A stretch of 64,000 nucleotides of DNA from an uncultured Alphaproteobacteria bacterium (GTDB lineage Bacteria > Pseudomonadota > Alphaproteobacteria > Rhizobiales > Hyphomicrobiaceae), in the NCBI GenBank assembly GCA_963741565.1, contig CAVUIK010000014.1:10550-74549 (forward strand). The letters are read 5' to 3'. The notes under the pieces were generated by a model. That model was not told the origin of the DNA, made no database searches, and was given only the letters and a program-made list of their open reading frames with translations. This document shows positions 46,655-57,297 of the stretch, in pieces. A program made the translations under genes and the position numbers. The stretch's first letter is position 1. Each line of letters begins with the position of its first letter.

Positions 46655-46996
46655 ATGCACTGTTGGCGTTTTCACGGCTCGGCAGTCGCAGTGCTGCTGC
46701 TGATGCTTTTTAGTTCGCAGGCTTGGAGTGAAGAACCCGGGAATGCGCAACGCGGGCTCACCTACACTCAAGTGCATTGTGCGGGCTGCCATGCGGTCGA
46801 TGGCCGACAGCCCCAGCGGCCGCCAGTGCTCGGAATCGCGACATTCACTGAGATCGCTAATACCCCAGGCATGACGCCGATCGCTCTCGTGGTCTGGTTC
46901 CAGAGCCCTCATCCGAATATGCCGAACCTCGTGCTTGAGCGGGCGGACCGGGACGATGTTATCGCCTACATCACCAGTCTGCGCAGTGCGCAATAA
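46655..46996 (+). CDS. small periplasmic c-type cytochrome
   Basis: 113 aa with a signal peptide ending AWS and the haem motif CAGCH. It is a paralogue of 40362..40697. Confidence 0.75.
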   Translation: MHCWRFHGSAVAVLLLMLFSSQAWSEEPGNAQRGLTYTQVHCAGCHAVDGRQPQRPPVLGIATFTEIANTPGMTPIALVVWFQSPHPNMPNLVLERADRDDVIAYITSLRSAQ

Positions 46997-47046
46997 GCCC
47001 AAATATCGCCACCTACGGCGCAATTGAACTGAAACAGAGAGCGATC

Positions 47047-47397
47047 ATGACTATCCCAAATGCATCAGCGAGCCGGCGAGACAAGACGCCATATGCGCGT
47101 CACCTGGATGCCGTTGCTTGGTCCCTCTTGTTGATCTGGATCGGTTTTACCGCACTCGCCGATGTTGGATGGGGATGGGCCTTGCTTGGCACGAGCGGGA
47201 TTACTCTTGGGGCACAACTCACTCTCTGGCGACGAGGCGAGACAATCGACGCCTTCCCGGTTGCCTGCGGTGTGGTGTTCCTTGTCGGCGGCGTCTGGGC
47301 GTTGCTCGGCCTGACGTGGCCGCTTGCCCCAGTCTTGCTCGTCCTGCTTGGCGCGGCAATGCTTTGGAACGCCATGTTTGGCACGCAAGCACAATAG
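47047..47397 (+). CDS. small hypothetical membrane protein (3 TM segments)
   Basis: 116 aa with hydrophobic segments WSLLLIWIGFTALA, GWALLGTSGITLGAQL and VVFLVGGVWALLGLTWPLAPVLLVLLGAAML. Confidence 0.55.
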   Translation: MTIPNASASRRDKTPYARHLDAVAWSLLLIWIGFTALADVGWGWALLGTSGITLGAQLTLWRRGETIDAFPVACGVVFLVGGVWALLGLTWPLAPVLLVLLGAAMLWNAMFGTQAQ

Positions 47398-47541
47398 TGT
47401 GATCGACGGCGGCTTCATGCGCGTCTGAAGCTTGAGTTGCGCCACGCAGAAGCGGCAATTGCGCTCCAGCCGAATGTCTGCGCTCTTGCCTCATGCGTCA
47501 ATTCAAGCATGTCCAGCAACATGAACGTGATCGACGGACCG

Positions 47542-48315
47542 TTAGGAGTGAAGCTCCGAGGGCTTGAAGTCGGCCTTATGCGCACGCCCCATCGTCTGGT
47601 CCCGCTCGAGCCGACCGTCGCGCAGCTGGAAGATCCGGTCGAAGCGGTCGAAGATCTTCTCGTCGTGTGTCACGGCGATGATGGCCGCCTCCTGCTCAGT
47701 CGCCAGCTTGCGCAACATATCCATGACGATGCCGGCGCGTTTGGAATCGAGGGCTGCCGTCGGCTCGTCGGCGAGAATGATGCGCGGGCGATTGGCGAGT
47801 GCGCGGGCGATCGCGACGCGCTGTGCCTCGCCACCCGAGAGCTTCGCGGGCATCGAGGTCTTGCGATGGCCAACCTCCAGGTACTCCAGCAGATCGATTG
47901 CCCGGCGTCTCGCCTCTGACCATTCGAAGCCAGCAAGTTGCAGCACGACGGCGACATTGTCGGTCGCGTCGAGGAACGGCAACAGATTGTGGAACTGGAA
48001 GATGAAGCCAATCTTGTCGAGGCGCAGCTTGCGCAAATCGGTTCGGAGCCAGTCTCCGTCATAGACCACGTCGCCGTCGAGGCTCATCCAACCGGAGGAC
48101 GGATCGAGGATGCAGCCGATGACGTTGAGCAGCGTCGTCTTACCGGAACCGGAAGGGCCCAGGAGGGCCACAACCTCGCCAGGAAACACGTCGAGTGTGA
48201 CCTCTCGCAAGGCATCGACCCGGGTCTCGCCCTCACCGAAGTGCTTTGAGATGTCGCGCACGGCGACAAGGGGCGCGCGACCAATTACAGAGGTGTCGTC
48301 CGGAGCCATGCTCAT
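47542..48315 (-). CDS. ABC transporter ATP-binding protein (DevA/LolD type)
   Basis: 257 aa. Walker A GPSGSGKTT, signature LSGGEAQRV, Walker B ILADEPT. Confidence 0.85.
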   Translation of the reverse strand: MSMAPDDTSVIGRAPLVAVRDISKHFGEGETRVDALREVTLDVFPGEVVALLGPSGSGKTTLLNVIGCILDPSSGWMSLDGDVVYDGDWLRTDLRKLRLDKIGFIFQFHNLLPFLDATDNVAVVLQLAGFEWSEARRRAIDLLEYLEVGHRKTSMPAKLSGGEAQRVAIARALANRPRIILADEPTAALDSKRAGIVMDMLRKLATEQEAAIIAVTHDEKIFDRFDRIFQLRDGRLERDQTMGRAHKADFKPSELHS

Positions 48316-49445
48316 CCCCCGAGAGCCGTTGCTGGATCGACCCGCAAGGCGGCCCTCACGCCGAGCCCGCTCGCCAGAATGCAGACGGCAAAGACGATAC
48401 CTGCCAACGTCAACGCATTGTCGGGCTCGAGCACCACACGCCGCGGGAAGTAGTCCTTGATGGTGAGGATGAGCAGAACTCCGGAGAAGAAGCCCGTGAA
48501 GCCGAGCGCGAGTGCCTGCTGCACGATCATGGCGACGATCGTGCGGTCGGGAGCGCCGATCAGTTTCAGCGTCGCGATCTGGCGGATCTTCTCCATGGTC
48601 ATCGTGTAGATAATGAGTGCGATGATGACGGTCGAGACCAGCAGCAGGATCGACGTAAACAGGCCGATCTGCCGTCGAGCCCGATCGACCACGGACTGGG
48701 TGAGGATGGACTCCTGTTCGGTTTGTGTCATAGCTGCGAGATGCTTCCAGCGCCGCGCCGTCTCGACAACGCTCTGCGGCGCCACATTCGGATGAACGCG
48801 CGCGATGACCGCGTTGACCGTGTCCCGGCCGGCGCCGCTTGCTCCTCGTGCCAGCTGCACGCGTGCAGCCGGCGGCGCGAGATCGAACTGCAACTTCTGG
48901 GAATCGAGAAGCGAGATGTAGACGACGGGATCGCCGCCCGATGCGACCTGTTCCTCAGTCAGGCCCACCACGTGGAAACGGTTGCGGCCGAGTTCGATGC
49001 GGTCGCCGGATACGAGGCCGGTGCGCCGGTCGGCAACCATCTCGAAGTGGCTGCTTCCGATCGAGCGTCCTTCTGATATCCGCTCCGGGCCGCCCACTCG
49101 GCCGGGCTCATAGCCGGTGATGTAGAGCCGGAGCTTGGCCGTGCCATGTGTGGCCTCCGCCGATTGAAATGTCACGGCACCTGCCGCCGTAACGCCCGCA
49201 AGCCGCGCGATGGCTTCGCGCGTGTCGCCGGGAATGCGGGACGCCTCGGCGAACGGCCCGCGCGTGCCGGCCTCCACCACCCAGACATCGACGGCCGGAC
49301 TGCGGACCACGGACAGGGCTTCGACGACAAGTCCGCGATAGATGCCCATCATGGCCAACACGACACCGAGCAGCAGTCCGAGCCCAACGCAGGTCAAGAT
49401 GAACCGGAAGAGATTGTGGCGCACATCCCGCCAGGCGAGGTTCAT
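48312..49445 (-). CDS. FtsX-family permease (DevC-like)
   Basis: ATG 49445 (MNLAWRDVRHNLFRF...) forms an ATGA overlap with the adaptor stop. The 3' end overlaps the ATPase start by 4 nt. Confidence 0.8.
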   Translation of the reverse strand: MNLAWRDVRHNLFRFILTCVGLGLLLGVVLAMMGIYRGLVVEALSVVRSPAVDVWVVEAGTRGPFAEASRIPGDTREAIARLAGVTAAGAVTFQSAEATHGTAKLRLYITGYEPGRVGGPERISEGRSIGSSHFEMVADRRTGLVSGDRIELGRNRFHVVGLTEEQVASGGDPVVYISLLDSQKLQFDLAPPAARVQLARGASGAGRDTVNAVIARVHPNVAPQSVVETARRWKHLAAMTQTEQESILTQSVVDRARRQIGLFTSILLLVSTVIIALIIYTMTMEKIRQIATLKLIGAPDRTIVAMIVQQALALGFTGFFSGVLLILTIKDYFPRRVVLEPDNALTLAGIVFAVCILASGLGVRAALRVDPATALGG

Positions 49446-50644
49446 GGCTTGCCACTTTCGATGATCCGGGCGGCACGCCCCTCCCAAAAATCCTTGCCGG
49501 TAGAGGTGACGGGGCGCGCGCCTTCAGGCACGCCGCCTGCCACGACGACGCGACCATCGAGAGTGCGGGGTCCGAATTGCACCAAACGCTTGCGGAAGCG
49601 CCCGCCTTCGACAGTCCACACGCGCCCTGAGGCACCGTCGAAGCCCTGGATCGCGTGCTCCGGCACCAGCACAGCTTGATCCAGAACGCCGGTTGTAACG
49701 AACACCTCCACTTGCTCGCCAAGATGGACGCTCGCAGGACATTGCTCGCACATGACGTAGACCCGCCGCTCTTCGCTGACGCGATCGCTCTCGATCCCGA
49801 TGCGCGCCACGCGAGCTCGGTAGACATCCTGGGGACGAGACCGCAGCTTCACCTCCGCGGGCTGCCCCAGGCGAATCTCGCCGGCCCTGCCCTCGTCGAT
49901 GTAGGCGAGCGCCCACACCGAGGTCGCGTCGATCAGCGTGAACAATGTCTCGCCCGCCTTCAGGACGGCACCAAGCTCCTTGTGCCGCTTGACGACGAGG
50001 GCATCGTAAGGCGCCACCAGAACGTGGTGCTCGAGCAGCACCTTCTCGTAGTCGTCTTGCGCTTTCGCATCGGCCAAACGAGCCTTGGCCACCGCTATGT
50101 TCGCGATCGCCGACGCCACGTCCGTACGCGCGACGACCTCCTCCTTCTCGGATTCGCCGGCCACTTCGACCGAGGTGATCTGCCGCCCAAGGAGTGCCTG
50201 CTTGCGGCGATTGATGGCTTCCTTCTGGGCAAGTATCGCCTGTGCCCGTCCGACGGCAGCCTCGGCGACCTTCAGCGCGGCCTCGGCGTTGAGGACACCC
50301 GCCTTGGCCTTGGCGATCTTGGCGTCCTGCTCCGCGCTGTGTAGTCGCGCCAGTACGCTGCCCTTTGCAACGCGGTCACCATGATCGGCCTTCAGCTCCG
50401 ACAGCGCAGCGCCAACCTCGAAGCCGACCTCCGAGAGGACTCGCGCCTCGACGGTGCCAAGTCCATAGACTTTGACAGGAACAGCGCGCTCGACCTGCGC
50501 GACGGACACGGGAATGGGGCGCCGCTGCGCGAACATGTATCCGCCAGCTACGAGCACGACGGTACCCGCCAACAGCAACGGCCATCGCCGCCGCTTGAGG
50601 ACCCACGATTGTATCGACACGGAGGCAGGGACAGACTTCTGCAT
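49442..50644 (-). CDS. HlyD-family periplasmic adaptor (DevB-like)
   Basis: ATG 50644 (MQKSVPASV...), followed by a TM anchor, a long coiled coil and a beta-barrel (VLVAPYDALVVKRHKELGAVL). Confidence 0.8.
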   Translation of the reverse strand: MQKSVPASVSIQSWVLKRRRWPLLLAGTVVLVAGGYMFAQRRPIPVSVAQVERAVPVKVYGLGTVEARVLSEVGFEVGAALSELKADHGDRVAKGSVLARLHSAEQDAKIAKAKAGVLNAEAALKVAEAAVGRAQAILAQKEAINRRKQALLGRQITSVEVAGESEKEEVVARTDVASAIANIAVAKARLADAKAQDDYEKVLLEHHVLVAPYDALVVKRHKELGAVLKAGETLFTLIDATSVWALAYIDEGRAGEIRLGQPAEVKLRSRPQDVYRARVARIGIESDRVSEERRVYVMCEQCPASVHLGEQVEVFVTTGVLDQAVLVPEHAIQGFDGASGRVWTVEGGRFRKRLVQFGPRTLDGRVVVAGGVPEGARPVTSTGKDFWEGRAARIIESGKP

Positions 50645-50706
50645 CGACAGCCTTTGCGATCGAGAGAAAGAGCATGTGTTTGGAACATGGTGCGATGCCG
50701 CGCTCA

Positions 50707-50720
50707 TTGACGAGCGTCAA
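50707..50720. promoter_or_regulatory. perfect FixK/FNR-type box TTGACGAGCGTCAA in the divergent DevBCA-like/RND promoter region
   Basis: Read directly from the sequence. Its centre is 69 nt from ATG 50644 (minus strand) and 94 nt from ATG 50808 (plus strand). Confidence 0.55.
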
Positions 50721-50807
50721 CGTAGCCATGTCGCCGCCAGCGGAGAATAACACGCAGCGGCGAGCGGCAGTTGCACGCGGTGCGACCGTCTTTGGAGAGT
50801 TGTGTTC

Positions 50808-51878
50808 ATGCAAGCGCCCGGCCGGCACACGTGGACTTGCCTTATGGTGCTCACTGCAATCGCGGTTTATTCCGTCGGCTGGGCGCAGTCCTTGTGGGCC
50901 CAGCAATCGGCCGTGGCAACAGCTATTGCGCCACAAACGTTCCAGGTGGTCGAGCTTGAGGTCGATGATTTCAAGGCCGTGTTCGCAACGGTGCGCAGCA
51001 AGGACCGCATTGATGCGCGCGTTCGCACGCCCGGTACGGTGGTCTCGCTGAAGGTCGACGAGGGCGCCCACGTCGAGGCCGGACAGGTGCTGGCCGTTCT
51101 AGCCGATCCCAAGATCGCACTGAAGATCAAGGCGTTGGATGCCCAGATCCTCGGGCTCGAGTCGCGGGTCGCCAACGCCAAGCTCGATTACGACCGCGCC
51201 GAGCAGCTTCGGCAACGCGGCGTCAGCCCTCAAGCTCGCGTCGATCAGCTCAAAACGGCCCACGACCTTGCGGCCAACGAGCTCAAGTCCCTGCGCGCGG
51301 AAAGGCAGGTCGCCGAGGAGCAGGTTGCTGAAGGACGGGTGCTGGCACCGGCCGCCGGCCGCGTGCTCAAAGTACCGGTCACGACCGGCACCGTCATGAT
51401 GGCCGGAGAGAGTGTCGCCACGATTGCCGCCAACCTCTACTTGCTCCGCCTCGAGTTGCCGGAGCGGCATGCCCGTTTCATGAAGAAGGGTGACACAATC
51501 AAGCTCGGCGCCCGTGGACTTTCTCTGGATCAGCAGGTGATCGGTGAGGGCCGCATCGTGCAGGTGTATCCTGAGCTGCAGGGCGGTCGTGTGATTGCAG
51601 ACGCTGAAGCGCCGAAGCTCGGCGACTACTTCGTCGGTGAGCGAGCCCTCGTTTGGATCTCCGCCGGCAAGCGCAAAACGATGGTCATTCCCGCAAGCTT
51701 CACGTTCCGGCGCTTCGGCCTCGATTACGTGCGCGTCGCACGCATGGACGGGGCGACGCAAGACATCGTCGTGCAACTTGGCCAAGCCGCGCCGATCGAC
51801 AATGGTACCGACGGCATCGAGGTTCTGGCCGGCCTGGTTGCCGGTGACGCCATCGTTCGCGTTGGAGCGCAGCCATGA
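50808..51878 (+). CDS. RND efflux periplasmic adaptor (membrane fusion protein)
   Basis: The ORF starts at GTG 50802. ATG 50808 lies 8 nt after GGAGAG. It has a signal/anchor, a lipoyl-like motif (VDEGAHVEAGQVLAVL) and a coiled coil. Confidence 0.85.
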   Translation: MQAPGRHTWTCLMVLTAIAVYSVGWAQSLWAQQSAVATAIAPQTFQVVELEVDDFKAVFATVRSKDRIDARVRTPGTVVSLKVDEGAHVEAGQVLAVLADPKIALKIKALDAQILGLESRVANAKLDYDRAEQLRQRGVSPQARVDQLKTAHDLAANELKSLRAERQVAEEQVAEGRVLAPAAGRVLKVPVTTGTVMMAGESVATIAANLYLLRLELPERHARFMKKGDTIKLGARGLSLDQQVIGEGRIVQVYPELQGGRVIADAEAPKLGDYFVGERALVWISAGKRKTMVIPASFTFRRFGLDYVRVARMDGATQDIVVQLGQAAPIDNGTDGIEVLAGLVAGDAIVRVGAQP

Positions 51879-54800
51879 CGGTCGAGAACGGAGCGTCCGG
51901 GCCAGAGCGGGTCGGCGAGACTTCGCTCGGCCTCTCCGGACACCTGACACGTTTTTTCATCGGTTCGCCGCTGACGCCGTTGCTTCTGCTCGCCGCGTTT
52001 GCGCTCGGCGTCGTCGCGCTGTTTGCGCTGCCGCGTGAGGAGGAACCGCAAATCTCGGTACCGATGGTCGATATCTTCGTGCGCACTGATGGTCTCAGAG
52101 CCGAGGACGGCGTGCGCCTCGTCACCGAGCCGTTGGAGACCATTGTCAAGGCCATCAACGGCGTCGAGCACGTCTACTCCAACTCGGCCGACGATCGCGT
52201 GGTGGTGACGGCCCGCTTCCTGGTCGGCACCAAGGTGGACGAGGCCATTCTCCGCGTGCACGAGAAGGTGCGTGGCAACCTCGACCGCATCCCGACCGGC
52301 ATCCCGGAGCCTCTGATCGTGGGTCGCGGTATCGACGACGTCGCGATCGTCACCCTGACCCTCGCACCGACCGCGGCAGCGGCGCCCCGTTATCACGACA
52401 ACGCCCTCTATCACCTGGCTGAGAACTTGCAGATCGAGCTTGCCAAGCTCGATGATGTCGGCCTGTCCTACATTGTCGGTGGCCGCCCCGATCAGATCCG
52501 CGTGGAGCCCGATCCGGAGAAGCTGGCGCTCTATGGCGTCACGCTGGCCCAGCTCACTGCCAAGGTGCGCGACGCCAACCGCTCGTTCCAGGCCGGCCGC
52601 ATTCGCGATCGCAACCGGAGCATTGTCGTTACCGCTGGTCAGACGTTGCGTGGTGTGCCCGACATCGGCCTGCTGCTCATCGCGACGCGCGACGGTCGCG
52701 CCGTCTACGTTCGTGACGTCGCCAATGTCGTCATCGGCGCCAAGCCACTGGAGCGGCAAGCGTGGCACTTCCGCAAAACCGTCGACGGCAAGCTCGAGCG
52801 CGTACCCGCCGTGACGATCGCGCTGGCCAAACGCGCCGGGGCCAATGCCGTCGTGATCGCCGAGCGCATCCGGCATCGCCTCGCCGCTCTCACGGGGACG
52901 ATGGTACCGAGGGACATCGAGGTCGTCGTCACGCGCGACTATGGCGAAACGGCCAATGAGAAGGCCAATGAGCTTCTTCTGCATCTCGGCCTCGCCACGG
53001 TCTCGATCGTGCTCTTGATGGGGATCGTGATCGGGTGGCGCGAAGGCCTCGTCGTCTTGATCGTGATCCCGACGACGATCCTGCTGACGTTGTTTGCGTC
53101 CTACGCCATGGGCTACACGATCAATCGCGTCAGCCTGTTCGCGCTCATTTTTTCGATCGGTATCCTGGTCGACGACGCCATCGTCGTCATTGAAAACATC
53201 GCCCGGCACTGGGCCATGGGTGACGGACGCAGCCGGACGCAGGCTGCGGTCGAGGCTGTGGCCGAGGTCGGTAACCCCACCATCGTGGCGACGCTGACCG
53301 TCGTTGCCGCACTGCTGCCGATGCTGTTCGTGTCAGGCTTGATGGGGCCCTACATGGCCCCCATTCCGGCCAATGCGTCCGCGGCAATGGTGCTTTCGTT
53401 CTTCGTGGCTGTCATGGTGACACCGTGGCTGATGCTGCGGCTGGCGGGGGGCGCACCCGTGCACGCCGCGCACCACACGGGGGACGAAGGCGGCTGGCTC
53501 GGTCGCGCTTATGTGCGCGTCGCGCAACCAATCGTGGCGACGCGACGGACGGCGTGGCGTTTTCTCGTCATCGTCGGCGTGGCCACGCTTGCCTCCCTGC
53601 TGATGTTCGCCACCAAATCGGTGACGGTCAAGTTGCTGCCCTTCGACAACAAATCGGAGTTGCAGGTTGTCCTTGATCTACCGCGCGGCGCCTCGCTCGA
53701 GGCCACGGATCGGGCACTGCTGGCGGCGACCGAGCGGCTTGGCGGGCTGCCCGAGCTGTCCTCGATCCAGGCCTACGTCGGCACGGCCGCGCCATTCAAT
53801 TTCAATGGGCTCGTACGGCATTCCTATCTGCGGTCCGATCCGGAGCAGGGCGATCTCCAGATCAATCTGACGCCGAAGGTCGCACGCAAGCGGACAAGCC
53901 ACGAAATTGCGCTTGACGTGCGCCGTCGCCTGAAGGATCTGGGCCTACCCGACGGTACCGCGCTCAAGGTCGTCGAAGTGCCGCCCGGCCCGCCGGTCCT
54001 CGCGACCCTCCTCGCCGAGATCTACGGGCCCGATGCCGAGACGCGGCGCGCCATCGCCCGCGAAGTCCGCAGCATTTTTCGCGGCATTCCCTTCATCGTC
54101 GATGACGACGACAGTTTTGGAGTCGAGGCGCCTCGCCTCAAAGTCTCGATCGACCAGGACAATCTCGAATTCCACAAGGTCGAGGAGCGCGATGTCTATG
54201 ACGCGATCCAGGCCTACATGGGCGGCGTTGCCGTCGGCTATTCACATCGCGGCGGCGGGCGGCATCCCGTCGAGATCGCCATTCAATTGCCCAAGCCCAA
54301 GCTCGCCGTATCAGCCCAAACGCTGACAACACCGGTGCCAGCCAATGCGCTACCGGGCGAACGCGGCATCGTCGAGCTTGGCGACGTTGTCAGCCTCAAG
54401 CTTGAGAAGGCCTCGTTTCCGATCTTCCGGCACAACGGCCGCCCCGCCGAAATGGTGATGGCCGAGCTTGCTGGCGCATACGAGGCGCCACTCTACGGCA
54501 TGCTCGCGGTCGGCGACGCCATCAAGAAGAAGGACTGGGGAACGCTCGCCCGGCCCGAGATCCGTTTTCATGGGCAGCCCGAGAGCGAGGCAAAACCCGT
54601 GCTGCTCTGGGACGGAGAGTGGGAGGTGACCTGGGTCACCTTCCGCGACATGGGTGCAGCATTTGGCGTGGCCCTGCTCGGCATCTACATTCTCGTCGTC
54701 GCTCAGTTCGGTTCGTTCAAGCTGCCGCTCGTGATCCTAACGCCCGTGCCGCTGACGCTGATCGGCATCATGCTCGGCCACTGGATGTTCCGGGCGCCGT

Positions 54801-55162
54801 TCTCGGCGACGTCGATGATCGGGTTCATTGCACTCGCCGGCATCATCGTGCGCAACTCGATCCTGCTCGTCGACTTCATCCGGCAGCGCAGCTTCGCCGA
54901 CTTGCCCTTGCGTCAAGTCCTGCTCGAGGCCGGCGCCATCCGCTTCAAGCCAATCCTGCTCACCGCTATCGCTGCCATGATCGGCGCCGCCGTCATCCTG
55001 TTCGATCCGATCTTCCAGGGTCTCGCGATATCGCTGCTGTTCGGCCTTGCCTCGTCGACGATGCTAACGGTGCTGGTGATTCCAGCCATATACATCGCGC
55101 TCCGCGATGACGGACGTCTTTTAGTCGCTGAGGAGGTTCCAGAGCCTCCGGCTCAGGGATGA
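51875..55162 (+). CDS. RND efflux transporter permease (AcrB/CzcA superfamily)
   Basis: 1095 aa. ATGA overlap with the adaptor. Twelve TM segments and two large periplasmic loops. Confidence 0.9.
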   Translation: MTVENGASGPERVGETSLGLSGHLTRFFIGSPLTPLLLLAAFALGVVALFALPREEEPQISVPMVDIFVRTDGLRAEDGVRLVTEPLETIVKAINGVEHVYSNSADDRVVVTARFLVGTKVDEAILRVHEKVRGNLDRIPTGIPEPLIVGRGIDDVAIVTLTLAPTAAAAPRYHDNALYHLAENLQIELAKLDDVGLSYIVGGRPDQIRVEPDPEKLALYGVTLAQLTAKVRDANRSFQAGRIRDRNRSIVVTAGQTLRGVPDIGLLLIATRDGRAVYVRDVANVVIGAKPLERQAWHFRKTVDGKLERVPAVTIALAKRAGANAVVIAERIRHRLAALTGTMVPRDIEVVVTRDYGETANEKANELLLHLGLATVSIVLLMGIVIGWREGLVVLIVIPTTILLTLFASYAMGYTINRVSLFALIFSIGILVDDAIVVIENIARHWAMGDGRSRTQAAVEAVAEVGNPTIVATLTVVAALLPMLFVSGLMGPYMAPIPANASAAMVLSFFVAVMVTPWLMLRLAGGAPVHAAHHTGDEGGWLGRAYVRVAQPIVATRRTAWRFLVIVGVATLASLLMFATKSVTVKLLPFDNKSELQVVLDLPRGASLEATDRALLAATERLGGLPELSSIQAYVGTAAPFNFNGLVRHSYLRSDPEQGDLQINLTPKVARKRTSHEIALDVRRRLKDLGLPDGTALKVVEVPPGPPVLATLLAEIYGPDAETRRAIAREVRSIFRGIPFIVDDDDSFGVEAPRLKVSIDQDNLEFHKVEERDVYDAIQAYMGGVAVGYSHRGGGRHPVEIAIQLPKPKLAVSAQTLTTPVPANALPGERGIVELGDVVSLKLEKASFPIFRHNGRPAEMVMAELAGAYEAPLYGMLAVGDAIKKKDWGTLARPEIRFHGQPESEAKPVLLWDGEWEVTWVTFRDMGAAFGVALLGIYILVVAQFGSFKLPLVILTPVPLTLIGIMLGHWMFRAPFSATSMIGFIALAGIIVRNSILLVDFIRQRSFADLPLRQVLLEAGAIRFKPILLTAIAAMIGAAVILFDPIFQGLAISLLFGLASSTMLTVLVIPAIYIALRDDGRLLVAEEVPEPPAQG

Positions 55163-55541
55163 TGCGGTTGCAATTGCGTTTAAATGTCATTTGCGTTCCG
55201 TGCGCTGTTTTCAGGTTTCGGTGCTTGGGGGCAATACTCAGCAATGAATTCAAATTGCGCAATTGTTGAGGTTTTCGGAGTCCGGTCCCTCTGTCTGTCG
55301 CCCGTGTAATCAATCTGTCGGGACGCGCGGCGAGCGTTCCAGAAGCACTTCGGGTACCGTGCCGTCCACGCGCACGCCAACCTGCCCATTGCAGAACAGG
55401 ATGCTAGCGTTCGGGGAACTTCCAAGGCGTGCACTGCGTCGTTGGAATGTGTGCAAAGTCGATCGTTGCGCCTGTCCGTCGTCAACATCGGCGCGTCGAG
55501 TAAACGTCCGGCAGACTTGCCGGACGTGACTGGAGACCAAG

Positions 55542-55555
55542 TTGATCCGGATCAA
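55542..55555. promoter_or_regulatory. perfect palindromic FixK/FNR box TTGATCCGGATCAA upstream of ccoN
   Basis: Read directly from the sequence. Its centre is 78 nt upstream of ATG 55627. This is the classical arrangement for fixNOQP/ccoNOQP promoters. Confidence 0.8.
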
Positions 55556-55626
55556 ATCCCCCGCGATCGACTTTGGTTAGGTGACCTCCGCGTAGGCAGC
55601 GCGTGTTGAACGGCCACGGGGGCATC

Positions 55627-57282
55627 ATGCCGGATACGACGGCGGAGAAGGAAGCGCTTGGCGACAGCGGGGCCGTTTTAGTGGCCGCAATTGTCGGAAT
55701 GATCGGCCTCATCCTGGCGCTTGGATCCCAGGACACCGCGATGATCTTTCATGGGTCACTGTTGGCCGTCGCAGGCAGTCTCGGTGCAATTGCGATCCTT
55801 GGCCATTCGGCAGGCCGCCCGGCAAGTGATCAGACAGCGACATACTTCGATGGGCCAATCAAGGTGGCGACGATCGCCGCTATCGTGTGGGGCATTGCGG
55901 GCTTCGTCGTCGGCGACGTGCTGGCTTGGCAGCTTGCGTTTCCCGCACTCAATCTCGATCTGCCATGGACGAGTTTCGGACGTTTGCGCCCCCTGCACAC
56001 GTCCGCGGTGATCTTTGCGTTTGGCGGAAACGTCCTGATCGCGACCTCATTCTATGTCGTGCAGCGTACGAGCCACGCGCGCCTCGCCGGCCGCTGGTCT
56101 CCGTGGTTCGTCGTCTGGGGCTACCAGCTGTTCATTACCATTGCCGGTACTGGTTACTTGCTCGGGGTCACGCAAAGCAAGGAATACGCCGAGCCCGAAT
56201 GGTACGCTGACCTTCTGCTGACCGTCGTGTGGGTCCTCTATCTGCTTGTGTTTCTCGGAACGCTGGCGCGGCGCCGGGAGCCTCACATCTACGTCGCCAA
56301 CTGGTTCTTCCTGGCGTTCATAGTAACGGTGGCGATGCTGCATCTCGTGAACAATGCGAGCATCCCGGTTTCGCTGACGGGCAGCAAGAGCTACATCGTC
56401 TACGCTGGCGTACAGGATGCCATGACGCAATGGTGGTATGGCCACAACGCCGTTGGCTTCTTCCTCACCGCTGGGTTCCTCGGCATCATGTACTACTTTA
56501 TTCCGAAGCGTGTAGAGCGGCCGGTTTATTCCTATCGTCTCTCCATCGTGCACTTCTGGACATTGATCTTCCTCTACATCTGGGCCGGGCCGCACCATCT
56601 CCATTATACGGCGCTACCGGACTGGGCGCAGACGCTCGGCATGGTGTTCTCGATCATGCTGTGGATGCCGTCGTGGGGTGGCATGATCAATGGCCTCATG
56701 ACGCTCGCTGGCGCCTGGGACAAACTCAGAACCGATCCGGTCGTCCGCCTGCTCGTTGTGTCGGTGGCGTTCTACGGCATGTCTACATTCGAGGGACCGT
56801 TGATGAGCATCAAAGCCGTCAACTCGCTCTCGCATTACACGGACTGGACCATCGGTCACGTGCACTCGGGGGCGCTCGGCTGGGTGGCTATGGTTTCGTT
56901 CGGCGCCATCTATTGCCTGGTGCCGTGGCTCTGGAATCGGCGCGGGCTCTACTCCTTGAAACTCGTCGAGTGGCACTTCTGGATCTCGACCATCGGTATC
57001 CTGCTGTACATCACGGCCATGTGGGTTTCCGGGATCACGCAGGGCCTGATGTGGCGCGCCTACGACAAGCTCGGCTTCCTGCAGTATTCGTTCATCGAGA
57101 CGGTCGAAGCGATGAAGCCGTATTACGTGATCCGCGCCATTGGCGGGCTCCTTTTTATCATCGGCTCGCTGATCATGGCCTACAATGCCTGGCGCACAAT
57201 TCGGGGTGATGCCCTGCAGGACGAGGCGGACCAGCCGCGCGTTGCGGCGGCACCGGCATTGCGCCTCCAGCCAGCCGAATGA
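55627..57282 (+). CDS. ccoN: cbb3-type cytochrome c oxidase subunit I
   Basis: The ORF starts at GTG 55603; ATG 55627 is the likely start. A haem-copper oxidase core with many TM segments and the conserved segments [29 protein letters not shown] and HHLHYT. Confidence 0.9.
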   Translation: MPDTTAEKEALGDSGAVLVAAIVGMIGLILALGSQDTAMIFHGSLLAVAGSLGAIAILGHSAGRPASDQTATYFDGPIKVATIAAIVWGIAGFVVGDVLAWQLAFPALNLDLPWTSFGRLRPLHTSAVIFAFGGNVLIATSFYVVQRTSHARLAGRWSPWFVVWGYQLFITIAGTGYLLGVTQSKEYAEPEWYADLLLTVVWVLYLLVFLGTLARRREPHIYVANWFFLAFIVTVAMLHLVNNASIPVSLTGSKSYIVYAGVQDAMTQWWYGHNAVGFFLTAGFLGIMYYFIPKRVERPVYSYRLSIVHFWTLIFLYIWAGPHHLHYTALPDWAQTLGMVFSIMLWMPSWGGMINGLMTLAGAWDKLRTDPVVRLLVVSVAFYGMSTFEGPLMSIKAVNSLSHYTDWTIGHVHSGALGWVAMVSFGAIYCLVPWLWNRRGLYSLKLVEWHFWISTIGILLYITAMWVSGITQGLMWRAYDKLGFLQYSFIETVEAMKPYYVIRAIGGLLFIIGSLIMAYNAWRTIRGDALQDEADQPRVAAAPALRLQPAE

Positions 57283-57297
57283 CAGGGAAGTCGCAAT

